Shown piece after piece: positions 10,758-23,857 of a stretch of DNA of 64,000 nt. The stretch's first letter is position 1. Each line of letters opens with the position of its first letter. Position numbers and translations under genes: made by a program. Source of the stretch: Eledone cirrhosa (Eukaryota); the NCBI GenBank assembly GCA_964016885.1, contig OZ024740.1, positions 200,694,001 to 200,758,000 on the forward strand, given 5' to 3'. The notes below the pieces were generated by a model. The model worked only from the letters and a program-made list of their open reading frames with translations. It did no database searches and was not told the origin of the DNA.

Positions 10758-13700
10758 TCATTTTCCTCGGCTAAGGGCTACATACAGTTGACCGTGCTGG
10801 AATACAGATCGTTCCAGATAAACCAAGACGTTTTCCATAGTTTGTCCTTGTGCTTTATGAATAGTCACAGTGAAGCACGATTGAACTGGGAATTGGCTTC
10901 GCTGCAAATGGATATCCTCACCTTTGGATAGATTAATTCTTATTCTAGGTATCATAACGATCTCATTTCTGAAAGCAGCAGTGTTGATTCTTGCTACTAA
11001 GAGATTGTCATGCAGTTCTTCCACCATCATGCGCGTTCCATTACAAAGCCTTGGAGGATTCAAGTTTCTCATAAGAATTATTGGCGATCCTTTTGTCAAT
11101 TCCAGGTTATGTGGTGGCAGTCCTGATAGTTCAACCGAATCAAGGAATTCAGTCGGGAAATGAGTGGCATTGGCACCATCACTCACAGAATTATAGAATC
11201 GGTACTCTTTTATGGTTCCAGGGAAGAGTCTGATACAGGTGGAATTGATGCTTCTCATCATTTCATTGAGAGGTACTAAGATGCCATTGTTCGAAAACAC
11301 TTCAGCTGGATTGTCGAATGAGGGGTAGATGAAATCAATACATTCTTCCATAGTTGTTGCTTGGAGAACCATTTCTTTTGGCAAAATAATTTCCTCATTT
11401 TCAGTTTTTTTAATCTTATCTTCCCCAATATCCAATAGAAACTGTGAATAGTCTCCTGCTCCCCCACCCAATTGCATGTTTGTCTTCAACTGAAATCTTT
11501 TGAGGCTTCACCATAAGTAGTATTTTTTAATGCAGGCGTTTTCCACGTCCGCTTCATTTCCCCTTTTCACTACCGGAAGAAGCTGACGGAAATCGCCACA
11601 GCAAATTGTCAAAATTCCACCGAATGTCTCATTATTGTCGCAGATGTCACGCAGAGTGAGGTCAACAGCTTCGACGCTTTCTCTCTGACTCATAACACAC
11701 TCATCCCAAACAATCTGCCTTGTATGCTGGAAGAGGTTTGCCGTCTTTGATTTTTTATAAATGTTGCACCAAACATTTTCTTTCACTACTATCGGTATTT
11801 TGAACCTAGAATGCACTGTTCTTCCAACAGGCATCGGTGTTGCAGCAATGCCAGATGACGCAACAGAATTAAGTTAATCAGGAATGTCTTTCCTGTTCCA
11901 CCTGGAGCGTCAATGAAAATCAATGCAGATGTGTTCGTCTCTAAACTGTTACAAACGAAGTCGTACACGTGATTTTGTTCACTATTCAATAGAGACTCCG
12001 TCTCTTCTACAAATCGTCGCTGCTCTTCTCTGCTGTATTGCAATTCATGCAATAACTCCAAATTGCCAATATCCTCATTAGCAACAATATTATTTGGCCT
12101 TGGCAAGTTAAAGTCACTAAGACTTTTGTCCAGGTCGATAAGTTTGTCTTCAAAATACAGAAGACATTGATCATAATGTCTCTCGCTAATCAAAAGGTTA
12201 GAGTTCCTGGTAGCCCTTTTTTTTAATTGAAGGTAATCCTCAGACAGCGAATGCTTAAATGGAACCCATAAAGCACTGTAATTATCAATTTCCGTATTAG
12301 TGAGGAGTACAATGAATAGATCTCTCATGGCGTTGGGAAGCCTTGTTCGCTCAGCATCTTCCAGAGTCTGCTGCCAATGATCATCCGATTGAAGCAAACC
12401 TTTCTCTCTGCAGACGTCTTTGAATAATGGCAGGAGGAGTTTTCCATCACACATTTTCAAAGAGTTGAAGGATACTGGCCCTTTGACGTGATGCAGAAGG
12501 AGTCTTAAATAATACAGGTCACCACTTCGTGGAGAAACAGTGTATACTCGTCCCAAAACGTTCGCCTCGAAAATCCCTGGATACTGCTCAACTGTTTTCC
12601 CCACCTTTCTCCTTTCCCATCTCTTATTACTCCAAGTGTAAAACTTTGGCACAACCGCATAATACAATGTTTTTGCAAACGGATCGCGATCGCAAAGATC
12701 CATGATCTCAGTCAGAGTCGTCTTAGCCAAGTTTATTGTTTACTTTAACAGCAGCATTGACCTGAAAGAAGATTTGATTTTCCTCAGGTAGATGAACTTG
12801 AAGGCGAACTACGGCCGGTTCTCTCTCATGAATTGGAAATCCAAGTACCAAGGTAACAGCTTCTGAAGGAACGTTATATCTTCCTGTTAAATACTGTATT
12901 ATCTCATCTTCCCTGTTCACTCCAAACATTGCCTGATCACTGGCCTTCATGGTATATTTGATAACGTATTTGATCGATTTCACGGAATAGCACATCTCTA
13001 CGTTTAGGTGGCAGTTGAACAATTTTAATAGTTTCATATTGTAGGGAACCACCCATTCCGAAGTTATATTTCGGCTTCCCCTTCCTTCTTGGTGCCCCTC
13101 AAATCCTCCTATTCCTGGAGACCGTCTTCTGTACACAGGATAAGAGTCTTCTACACACAATGTATATTCATTGAAAGGCTCAGGGTACCGCTTACTGCAC
13201 GTTCCATCTTTCCAACACGGCGAATTGTTAGAGCAATTCGGATCGTGGATCATGTGCTTCAGCACAAATTCATGACCCTCTGGATCTTTGTTTGGATCTG
13301 GTATTTCGGCTTGAACAAATTTATCATATTCCGGCGGTCTGGTCTTGGAGGCTTCATTGAACCGTAGCAAACAGTGCACATGAGGAAGACCTCGCTTTTG
13401 ATATTAGACTGTCAGCACGTAAGCTATGCACTTGCCACATAGACCATCTACTCCAGTAAGATACTTTCTTAACAGTTTCCGCTCCAGGCCAAATACTCTG
13501 GCAATTAAATCTGGCCTGTCATGTGACTTCTGATTCAGGAATAGGTTTTGCCGGATTCCATGCCAGTTTAGATTGCATGTCATTGTGATGAAGAACGAAT
13601 GATTGCCGTACTTCCGTATGTACATCATGGCATCCTGGCATCGCTCCATCATATATCTCGGTCCACCGACAAATGTGGAAGAGAGTATGATTCGCCTGCC

Positions 13701-15069
13701 AATATAGCGAAAATCGTCATCATCATTCAATGCGTCAGTAAGGCCCCTGTATGCTGTAGATCGCAATGATGTTTGATTCATTCCGATGTATTGCAGTCTA
13801 TCTCCTTCAATCTTCGGAGCCATGTCAACCAAATATTGCTGAAATAAACGACCGCCTCTGAGAAGTTGGTTGAATTCGTTCTCGTGGTTCATTATTCGAT
13901 AGGCATAGTAGCGCATTGGCGTCAACTTCTTGTTGTTGCTAATTAACAGCTCATGATGCCATCCGTCATCGCCAAAAGGAAAAATTAGAACATACTGCAA
14001 ACTGTCATAGGACCGATGGGATTCTGAGATTATTTTCAATTGTCCGCCTTTTTCTTTCAACACAATGTGCCGTGCTTTTGCTTGAAGTTCGGTGCTGTTT
14101 TGTATAATAACGGCAACTTCGTTTGAAGTTTGTGCATTGAATCTTCTCTCATGTTCCATTGCTGGTCTCCTATCGGCATCAATAATAATCGAAGCTTCGG
14201 GAATATTTTTAATTTGTTCTTTTGCCATTCGAAAGGCAAGCAACGTAAGGGTTATATTGTCTGAGTATTATTTCCAATAATTCAACTATGTCGCGCTGAA
14301 TGCCATCGTTATGGAGTATCCTGATCCTCAAATCAACACTATCCTGAGGATCCAAGAAGTAAATTTGAAGAAATTGGGGTTGTTCGTTGGGATTAGGGGT
14401 TAAGGAACCGATGTAATGGTGAATTTGACCACGAATAACGATAGAAGCATTCCATCCACTCCTTGAGGAACGAACTTCTTCGGCCCCAAAAGATGTCATT
14501 TGTAACAGTTGTATTGTGTGAGGTTCTTCCTGAACTCGTTTGCCCTAGATTGATCAGTACTAAATAAACTGTGAAGTTCCTTGAGGTAAAGGCTGCAGAT
14601 TCCCCAAACCGACTTTTCCATTCATACAGCAAAAGTTAGCAGTTTCACCATGAAAAAGCATTGCATGACAACAGACACAGATCTTATTCATCTGTCCAAC
14701 ATCAGCAGAGAGGTTACGTCGTTGAACTGTCCTTGCTCTATCCCTAATGGTTTGTTGGCAAATACGTTCAGTTCTCCGAGCGTCCGATTCATGATCTCTC
14801 CTTCTTCTGTCTTTCCCTCTGTCCGCCTGACGCTCAGCTCTCCGACCATCGGATTCATGATCTCTCCTGCTTCTGCCTCTTTCCCTCTGTTCCGCCAGAC
14901 GCGCAGCCCTTGCTTTATCAGTCTCATCGATCTTTCTATTCGCATGCCTGTCCCGATCTTGTTGGCGTTGACCACTATCTTGCTCACCTTCTTCGGCTCT
15001 CCTTAGCCGTGCTTTCTTTCCACTATCGATAGACCAACAGGATGTTTTCTTTCTTCCTCGTCGAGGCAT
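10758..15069 (-). pseudogene. Helitron Rep/PIF1 helicase (RepHel), multiple frameshifts and stops
   Basis: Zn-finger C..C...CC..GK. HUH Rep motifs FFITMTCN, V*YQKRGLPHVH and KYVIKY. PIF1 motifs DAPGGTGKTF, WDEC, GDFRQLLPV, TIHKAQGQT and HGQLYVALSR. Confidence 0.95.
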
Positions 15070-15109
15070 TATTTAAGAATAGAAAATCGTATTTACCTCA
15101 GAAAAAATT

Positions 15110-15690
15110 CCTGTTACCTCAACAAATATTTTTTTTAAATCATCATTTAGAAATATTTCTAAATAATGAAAATATTGTGTGTTTAAACAACTCGTATTTT
15201 TCAAATCATATTCACTTAAAAAATACTTATTAATAATTAAAATATTCTGTTTAAAGAAAGCTGAAATATATATACTCAGTGTACAAATAATTTGTATTTT
15301 TTAAGTCATTTTCACTTAGGAATATTTTTTAAATATGCCAAGAAATATTTTTTCCATCGTATTCAATTGAAAATAATTTTTAAAAAATGAAGATATTGTC
15401 TATGTAAATAGAGCTATTTGTGAAATCAAATTCAATTTAAAATATTTCTAAATAATTGAAATATTCTTTTTAACAAAAGCAAAAATATAAACACCTACTG
15501 TTTAACACCAACTGGTATTTTTCATTGATATTCACTTAATGCTTTTCTGATAATTAAAATATCATCTGTTTAAAGAAAGCTCGAATATAGATACTTGAAG
15601 TACAAACAACTTGTAGTTTTGAAATCATATTCACTGTGAAATCACTGAAAACATTTTTTTAAATAATTATTAAACTATTTTCATCATTCG
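15110..15690. repeat. Degenerate AT-rich tandem repeat (units of about 70-110 bp) in the Helitron 5' region
   Basis: Recurring caactNgtatttttcaaatcatattcact-like motif near 15188, 15288, 15509 and 15607. Confidence 0.6.
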
Positions 15691-16467
15691 AGAAATATTT
15701 TTATGTCGATTTACGTCAAACCTGTTTTATCCCCATTTCAGGGTTATATCACTTACAGGGATATTTTTCAATTATGCTCCAGGCCACCAGTGGTTGCGTA
15801 ACATGCAAGATGCTATTTATGTCTGAATTATTAGGATACACGAAGAAAAGATTATGTTTTAAAGTGTTAGATATCAAAGAAATGAAACTGAACGAAAAAT
15901 ATCGGCGATATCGTACCGGGGGCGGTGATTTTCAACGCTATCAGACTGGCTGTATGAAGCTATAAGTATGCTTGTCAATAGTATTACTAAATTATTGGAT
16001 AACAAGTGTATTGATATATTTATTCGTTTAAGTGGTCACTATTATTTTAGAATTAACACATAATATGATTAACGGTTCTGCAAAAAAGATAAATTTCAGT
16101 AATATAACATTGAACATTGCTTTTATGTACCACAGTCCTATAGTTGATAGGAAATTTATTGCTCTTTGTTTAGTTTATAGCCTGAATCCAGTATCATAAT
16201 AGGAGATAAAGATCGGTGATCTGGATGAATTTTTCAGGAATTTCTAATGATAGTAAATTATGTAATATACCCTTTGTTTGATTTATTTTGACGCGCTACA
16301 ACGATTGTTTTGCTATTATATAATATTAAAATATACATAGTGTAGACTTCAATCGGAAAGTCAATAATTTTTATCTGTAAATATGTTAAATGCAATCACA
16401 GCTATGAAAACAGTGATAAAGAGGGTAGAGAATACTATATTTTATACAGTTATTATATAACTGACAA

Positions 16468-16680
16468 GGGCAGTGGATTTGCAGAATCGGTAGCGCATCG
16501 GATAATACGTGTGTGGCATATGGTTACGGCCCTTTACATTCTGAGTTCAAATAGCACTGAGGTTAGCTATGTCTTTCCTCCCTTCGAGGCCGATAAAATG
16601 AAGTACCAGTAACGCGCTGAGGTCAATATAATAGGCTTCTGCACCCATCCCCTTCACCAAAATGGTTGTTATTGTGACTA
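16468..16680 (+). mobile_element. SINE family 1, diverged
   Basis: gggcagtggatttgcagaatcggtag...gagttcaaat...gataaaatgaagtaccagt. Confidence 0.75.
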
Positions 16681-16841
16681 AATCAGAAAGCATTATATAA
16701 CTGACAGACAGACTGACATAATTTAACATCACAATCTCACTCTCTCTCCCTTTTCTCTCACTCCATCTCTCAATCCTTGTCTCCCCCTCTTCCTCTCCAT
16801 CTCCTCTCTTTCTCCCTTTATATATATATATATATATATAT

Positions 16842-17382
16842 CTAGGGCGGGTAAAATTCCCGAGATCCATGGACGAGTTCTCTCCAGCGGTCTCTGTCCC
16901 TCATTATCACTGCCATGTCCTGCGTCTCCAACAGACCAGTGTCTGTCCTTAGGGCATCAACATACGTTAACCTTGGTCTTGTTCTTCCTGTCTGTCCATG
17001 CAGGCGCTCCCACAGGAGCACTGAGTGCAGTGTCAACTCTGGATGTCGGTGAGCATGTCCAGCTAACCTCAGTCTCCTCTGTGTCACTGGGCGGCGTGCC
17101 ACAGCTTGAGATTGGTGTGGAAGTCGGACCTTCGTTAAGACCTGAAGATCCGCCTCTTCATTGCTGTAGTGGAGTCTGTGCTGCTGTACGGGTTTTAGAC
17201 TTGGACACTGACCAAGAAACTCACTCAGATGGTGGATGGGTGCTACACGAGAATGCTGAGGATGGCTCTGAACATTAATCAGTATACACTGAAGATGAAA
17301 AGCTCAGAGCTGTATGGGAGCCTCCCAAAAGTCATATATATATATATATGACTTTTGGGAGGCTCCCATACAGCTCTGAGCA
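16842..17382 (-). mobile_element. RTE-like LINE 3' fragment with 5' inversion
   Basis: Minus 16842-17102 encodes RRLRLAGHAHRHPE...YVDALRTD. Plus 17103-17335 encodes the preceding segment KIRLFIAVVESVLLYG..TWTLT..DGCYTRMLRMALN..ELYGSLPKV. Flanked by (TA)n. Confidence 0.82.
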
Positions 17383-17512
17383 CATATGTGCTTCTCTTTT
17401 CTCTTCAATTACAAACATATGCTGATATATACACAATCATCGATCCATGTGCATATAAACACAACCTTGCGCATATAGGTAAACACACATACTCAATCAC
17501 ACATGTAACAAA

Positions 17513-17990
17513 GATATATATATAATATAAAAGACAGATGTTTGTTGGTTGGTGTCTTCACGCATCACACAAAAACGAATGCTGACAAACGAAAAGTAAG
17601 TACACCAATGAAATGAAGTTACATCCAGAAAGATTTATTAACATTCATTTTATAACATCAAAGAAGAAAAACTTCCCGTATATGTCAACCAACCCGACTG
17701 CTATTTCTAGCATCTTGGGAAACAACCACAAGGGATTCCCTCTGCGTTTTAATCGATGCATGTGTTTTGCCGTCAGCGTCTCCCTGGATTCGAAAGCTGG
17801 TTCACACACTCATTTTGTTGCGTCCAAATTACTGTAAAAATTTGGGTTAAGCTCCCGATTTAAGGATATTTTCCCCCGGACATCTCACACATTGTGGAGG
17901 CCATAAAATGAATCCTGTATGAGCGTATGAAAAATATTGTTTATAGAATATGTTTTAATGTTATAAACTATTTCAAATAATTGAATGCCC
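17513..17990 (+). mobile_element. Possible non-autonomous Helitron-like 5' fragment
   Basis: tatataatataaaag...tgtttgttggttggt...cacgcatcacacaaaaacg resembles 5' ends of invertebrate non-autonomous Helitrons. No 3' end was identified. Confidence 0.3.
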
Positions 17991-19253
17991 TTTAAGAGTG
18001 ACCACTAAGTTAAAAGTATTCAAACCAGACCCACAATGTTCTTCATGTCTCTGTCTAATGTTCAGATGTTTATCTGAAGATGTTCATACAGGATATTTGT
18101 CGCAGAGATGTCAACAGGGTGATATGTAAAGGTATTGAATACTGGCCCTCCTCGCCTGAAACTCTGCTATGTTGATTTTAAGTTTCAAATTCTGGAATCG
18201 ATAAAATATGTACCAATAATATAGTGGTTGTGAGAACATCTATAGCTAATCAATATCTCTCGATGCTCACCTGACTAACTTAATGACAAAACACTATTGA
18301 AACTGTACTCTCTTGTGTCTACTTTTCATTCTTCTGGAGTCGATAAACTAAGTACCAGTGATAGACAAGTTTGAGAGGAACTGTAAATGTAATTATTACT
18401 ACCCGTTTCAATTAATCAACCTAATTAAAATAGCAAACTTTAGAGTAGTGGTATCTTCTGACCACATTTTAACACTCTAGTGTCTATATACTAAATACCG
18501 ATCGATACTCGCCTTGGAAGACCTTTAAACATAACAATTATTGTTTCTCCCAACTAGACTAATATATGTATGTGTGGTCCGTTAACTCTTGCTAGAGTCG
18601 TAAGGGTTCCGTATTGACGTACGGCGTTTCTTGGGCATACACGCCATGCGGATCCCACCCCCTTACCATGCCTGAGTAGAGCAGATTTCTTCCAGAGAAC
18701 GAGACAAAGTGAGAGAGAGAAAATAAGAAAAGTATATAGAGGAAATATCTACCCAAGTACTAGACTGGATGAAAGGCAATGAAGACCTCGGCGGGATTTG
18801 AACTCAGAAAGCAAGACTGATATATACTATAAAGCAAAATTAAACTGTGCTCTCATTAAACTGTCATGAAGTCTATACACTAAGTACTAGTCATATACTG
18901 GTATGAGTTAATTGAATAGATTACTCATATCTGACAAATCTTTAGCCGTTTTCTAATATGATAAATTATTCCTATCCGTGTTCTGAAATTAGATGAATTA
19001 GTTGTTCCGTGTATTGATTTGTATTTCTATTTCTTCCTACTCTCTGAATTTCTACCTGAACTGTTTTCCATGTTCCCCTCTCTCCAAGACCCTCTATTTA
19101 ATGGGTCTAACTTCCTATCAATATTACCATTTTATCGCTCTTTACACTTAGAATCAGTTCCAATATCACGTTGAATTGTAATTATCTTCACCTAACAGAC
19201 CAAACATGACACTGCATTCTAAATAAGTTAAAATAGCCGTAAGAAGACCTTGG

Positions 19254-19278
19254 TTATTATCACTATTATTATTAATAC

Positions 19279-19321
<43 letters not shown>
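19254..19321. repeat. (TTA)n microsatellite at the 3' end of the Dong/R4 element
   Basis: Direct reading. Confidence 0.92.
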
Positions 19322-22300
19322 GTTCTTTGTGTCTCAGTCATTGATGTTAGTTAACTGGAAAGTTTTTTGAAATGAATATCAAGCCACTACCTGCAGCCTC
19401 AGATATTTAGGACGTATCGGAGGTTTCTTGCTGTTCCCAGCAAGCATGCCTTTTGAAGTGTTCCAAAAAGCAGGGCGGGGCCAATTTTCTTTAACAATCC
19501 CTGGAAACTTGTTTAGATAGTACCTAGTGCGCCTATGACAATGGGGACCACTTGGACTTCATGGCAGTTCCAAATCCTTTTTACCTCCCACTTTAAGTCC
19601 TGGTTTCGGTTAATTTTCTCCCTCTCCTTCTCTTGCACTCTCGTGTCGAATGGGCAGGCTACATCCACAATCAGGCACGCTCTTTTTTCCTTGTCCAAAC
19701 CACCAGGTCAGGTCTATTGTGTTCCAGTTTCTTGTCCGTCTATATCCTAAAATCCCATAGCACCTTTACCTGATCGTTTTCTATCACCGACTCTGGCTTA
19801 TGCTCATACCACTTCTCAGAATGTGGTAAATTGTTTACTTTGCATATATCACCCTGCCCATCACATCATGTCTCCAGCCTTTATAGTCAGGGCTAGGTGT
19901 TTACACTCGGATACAATGTGAGCCACAGTCTCCTCTCTCTCTCCACAGATCCTGCACAGTGGGCTATCCTCGCCCTTGTAAATATGGTGTTTCAGCCACT
20001 TCGTTTTGAGGGCCTGCTCTTGCGCAACCATTATCATTCCTTCTGTAGCCTTTTTAAGGTCTCCTCTTCTTAACCAGTTCCATGTCTGTGGATCTCTGAA
20101 TTCCGTTTTCTCAAAGAAGGTACTATGAAGGGATTTTTCATGAAGGTTGCTCTTTCTCCTTGTTGTTATTTCCTCCTTGGACATCCCCTGGTCTATTGTC
20201 CTCTCCTTCAGTACAATTCTGAGCATTGGCTCCTTACTATCGGTCACGTATTTGTGTAGGTTGTTTTTCTCCGTCTGAACACAGTCCTCTATGCTGATAA
20301 GACCTCTTCCACCTTCAGATCTCCTTAAGTAGAGTCTATCGACATCACTCCTCTTGTGGAACATGTTGTAGATAGTCAATAGCTTCCTAGTCTTCCTATC
20401 CATTTCTTTTTTGTTCAGCAACATTCCATCTCAGAATTCCCGCACTGTACATAATAATAGACACAGCTCAGGAATTTACAGCACTTATGGCATTCCTACT
20501 GTTCAGATGTGACTTTAATACGCTCCTTATTCTCCGAATGTATTCAGATCTCATCAATTCCTTCATTTTTTTTTGTTCTTGATGTCATCAGCCTCCAGGA
20601 TACCCAAATACTTGTATCCTTCTTCAGTGTCAATTTCCTTTATCATCTCACCTGTTGGTACCTGGATTCCGTTGCTTCTGCTCAATTTACCCCTCTTCAT
20701 CACAAGGACTCCACACTTACTAATACCAAATTGCATACATATATCATTGCTGAAAATACGGACAGTGTCAACAAGCACATCCAACTCCTTCTCACTCTTC
20801 CCGAAGAGCTTAAGATTGTCCATGAAGAGGAGGTGATTGATGGTAAGCTCTCCCTTTCCCAACTTGTATCCTGCTCTCACTTTTCGCAGTATAATGGTCA
20901 GCGGCATCAGGGCAAGGACAAACAACAGGGGAGACAGACTATCTGCCTGGAAGATACCTCTCTTGATCTTCACGCCTCCCAAGAATTCTCCAGCTGATGT
21001 TAACTCTGTTTCCCAGGACTTCATACTTTTTCTCAACAACTTATCTGATGTTTTCTGCCACCTTGAAGATCTCTAGGCTTTTGGTGATCCAAGAATGAGG
21101 TACCATGTCAAATGGCTTTTTGTAGTCTATCCATCCCATGGCAAGACCAGTGTGTCTCCTCTTGCAATTCCTCATTACCATCTTATCAATACGTAACTGG
21201 TCCTTTGTACCACGGGACTTCTTTCGGCATCCTTTCTGTTCGTCCGGTAACAAGTTGTTTATGTGGAGGTGATGGTAGATTTCCTCAGACACAATGCTTG
21301 TCAACAGTTTCCACATTACGGACAGACATGTGATAGGTCTATAGTTGGTAACATCATTACCCTTGATTCGGTCTTTCATTACCAGAACTGTGGTACCTTT
21401 TGTCAACCACTCTGGTAACTCACCTGACATCAAGCAGTCATTGAACATGGCTGTCAGTTTCGGGTGGAAGGATGTTACATTTTTTAATCCAATACCCCTG
21501 CACATCATCTGGGCCTGGTGATTTCCAGTTGGTTAGTTTTTTGGCCTGCCCCTTAAGACTTTCAACTGTGATACTCAAATCAGTTTGTTGGTGTGCCTGT
21601 TTATTAATCTCCTTTTGTACTGTCTCAATCCACACTGCCTGGTCATTATGTTTAAAATCCTGCTCCCATATTCCTCTCCAGAATGTCTTAGTTTGTTCCG
21701 CCTCAGGTATCAAGTCGTTGCCTCTTTCTTTCCCTTCAGGCTGTCCAAACAACATCTTCTGGTTGTTGTCAAACATGCGGTTCTGTCTATACTGACTGAC
21801 TCTGCTCTTGTATCACCTAATTTTTGCACTCCTTGCTACAATGCGTTGCTTCAGTTCCTCTATGATAATATTTAGCTCTTTCCTCCTAGTTTTCTACTTT
21901 ATTTCCAGTCTATGTTTAGTGTCTATGTTTTTTAGTGTCCCATTCAGTAGGGACTCAAGCTTTCCAATGTCATGTCACATTTCCCTGATTTGACCATTCT
22001 GTCGTTTCTTCCACCAAGGTTCTGATCTTTCTTGTTTGTTGTTTCCTCCCGTTTGTATGCCAAGTAAATTCCTCACGGCATTTGCTGTTGCTTTGAGGAT
22101 ACTGTTGCACTGGTGAAGGTTCCTCGCCTCAAGGTATGGGATGAGTTTGTTTACTTTAGCTGTTGTTTCTTTTAACTTTTTCCTGTCTACAGATCTTAGG
22201 TTCATAGGTTTCCCACTATCATTGTTCAATTCATCTACCACTAAGTTTAGGATATCAACCAAATCTTGTGCTAGCCCGTCAGCATTCATCTCCTCAATGG

Positions 22301-22912
22301 CCGTATCTTTGTTCCAGGTATTATTTATTTCAGCATTCAGATCATTGTCTGCTTCGGATGGTTCCTCCGTTCTCTCAACCTCTTCACCTTCATTTCCCAC
22401 TGGCTCGTTTGCCTGGCATACTCTACTCTCCATTTCCAACCTAATCTCTCTGCTCAGTTCCTCCAGTTCCAGCTCGCTTATCCACCCATTAGTTCTTATT
22501 ACCCGAGCCTGCCCGGCCAATTTTTGTTCATCTAATTTAAATAGACCAATTTCGTTACAGATGTTATGCATCCGTTTCCTATAACCTTTTTCCTTGGGGT
22601 TACTCTGCAGGTAACATTGCATAACAGTTCTATTCAATTCTTAAGTCCAGTTGGTTCTGGTCCCTTTCTTTCTTCTTCCTCCGACACCAGCAGTATTTGG
22701 TTGACAGCCAGGTCCCTGCTGCTGAGCCAGGAATCAACTGCTGGGTGAGAGTCTGTCACATGACATTCCACTCTCCACTTCACCGTTATTCGAACTGTTT
22801 AGGTTCGACATTGAAACACTCTTATCGAGGATTGGTGAATGTATGGTTACATAACCACCGGTGATTTGATCAACCATCGGTGATTTTAGAGTGGCACTAT
22901 CACGCTGTAGAC
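19322..22912 (-). mobile_element. R4/Dong-clade non-LTR retrotransposon (RT + CCHC + restriction-like endonuclease), decayed single ORF
   Basis: N-terminal VMQCY..SNP..GYRKRMH. RT motifs NYRPITCL, WIDYKKPFDMVPH, GIFQADSLSP and HLLFMDNLKL. CRICGEREETVAHIVSEC, then LIVDVACPFD..EREK (REL). Ends in (TAA)n. Confidence 0.9.
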
Positions 22913-23605
22913 GAACATAAATAAACAAACAAACAAATAGGTAAAACAAAAAAAAAATAAGCATAAGTTTCATTGTAATGTAATGTTTGAATGTCTGACT
23001 TGGTTTTTTTGCTTGTCTGTCTGTTTGTTTTTCTTTTCTTTTTTCTTTTCTATACGTATTTCGTTGCTGCTGTGCTATTTTGATTTTTGATTTTTTGATT
23101 TTTTGACCGGGTCATCAAATCAGTCTATTTATATCTTTTGATGCCTTCCTCATTTAGTGGGAATACTATGATGCCTGTCTTAGCAGGAGGTAATGGGAGA
23201 GAATAGCGGCGGTAGCGATAATGAGGCAGTGGTGGTGGTGATGTGATCGTAGTACTGTTGTGATGGTGTTGAAGTTGAAGTAGAAATAGAAGTTGAGGTA
23301 ACTTGACTAGCGTTTTTGGCGTGGTAGTGGTGATGGTGGTGGTGTTGGTGATGAAATTATTTGCCTGTCTGTCCACTTAGCAATTTTTCTCTTTTTCGAC
23401 TATAACATTTCTGATCCAAAATTAAATATTGGGGCACTATGCCGTAATGTGATGCGTTGTCGCCTGCTGAGGGTAAAAAACTGTAATCTTATATTTCATT
23501 TGTAATAAGAATTATTCTATCACAGTTTTTTTAAATAAGTAAAAATCAAAAACTTACAGGAGCGATTCCATAACGATATATATCCACCATGTGCGTTTTC
23601 TTCCC

Positions 23606-23610
<5 letters not shown>

Positions 23611-23647
<37 letters not shown>

Positions 23648-23654
23648 GTATTAT
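23611..23654. repeat. (ATT)n microsatellite at the 5' flank of Tx1 copy 2
   Basis: Direct reading. Confidence 0.9.
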
Positions 23655-23857
23655 TGGCGACCTACGTAGTAAATCGTATCATGGTGAGCTCCGCAAAGGT
23701 TTGTTATTTTCAGTTGTTTAAAATTGCCATTTATTGTTAACTGTATATAAGTGCTCATACATTGATTTCTGAAAAGGACACTCAAAAATATTGGGGCCTT
23801 GAGCCCAAACTTTAAACTTTTTATAATTATCAAACAAAAATCTTTCTTTGAAAAATC

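Larger units (their letters stand above)
9823..15975 (-). mobile_element. Helitron rolling-circle transposon, near full length, decayed
   Basis: RepHel coding fragments. A 3' subterminal hairpin cgtgaccc-gtt-gggtcatg (9833-9851) is followed on the minus strand by CAAG (CTAG-like). The 5' boundary is uncertain. Confidence 0.85.
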
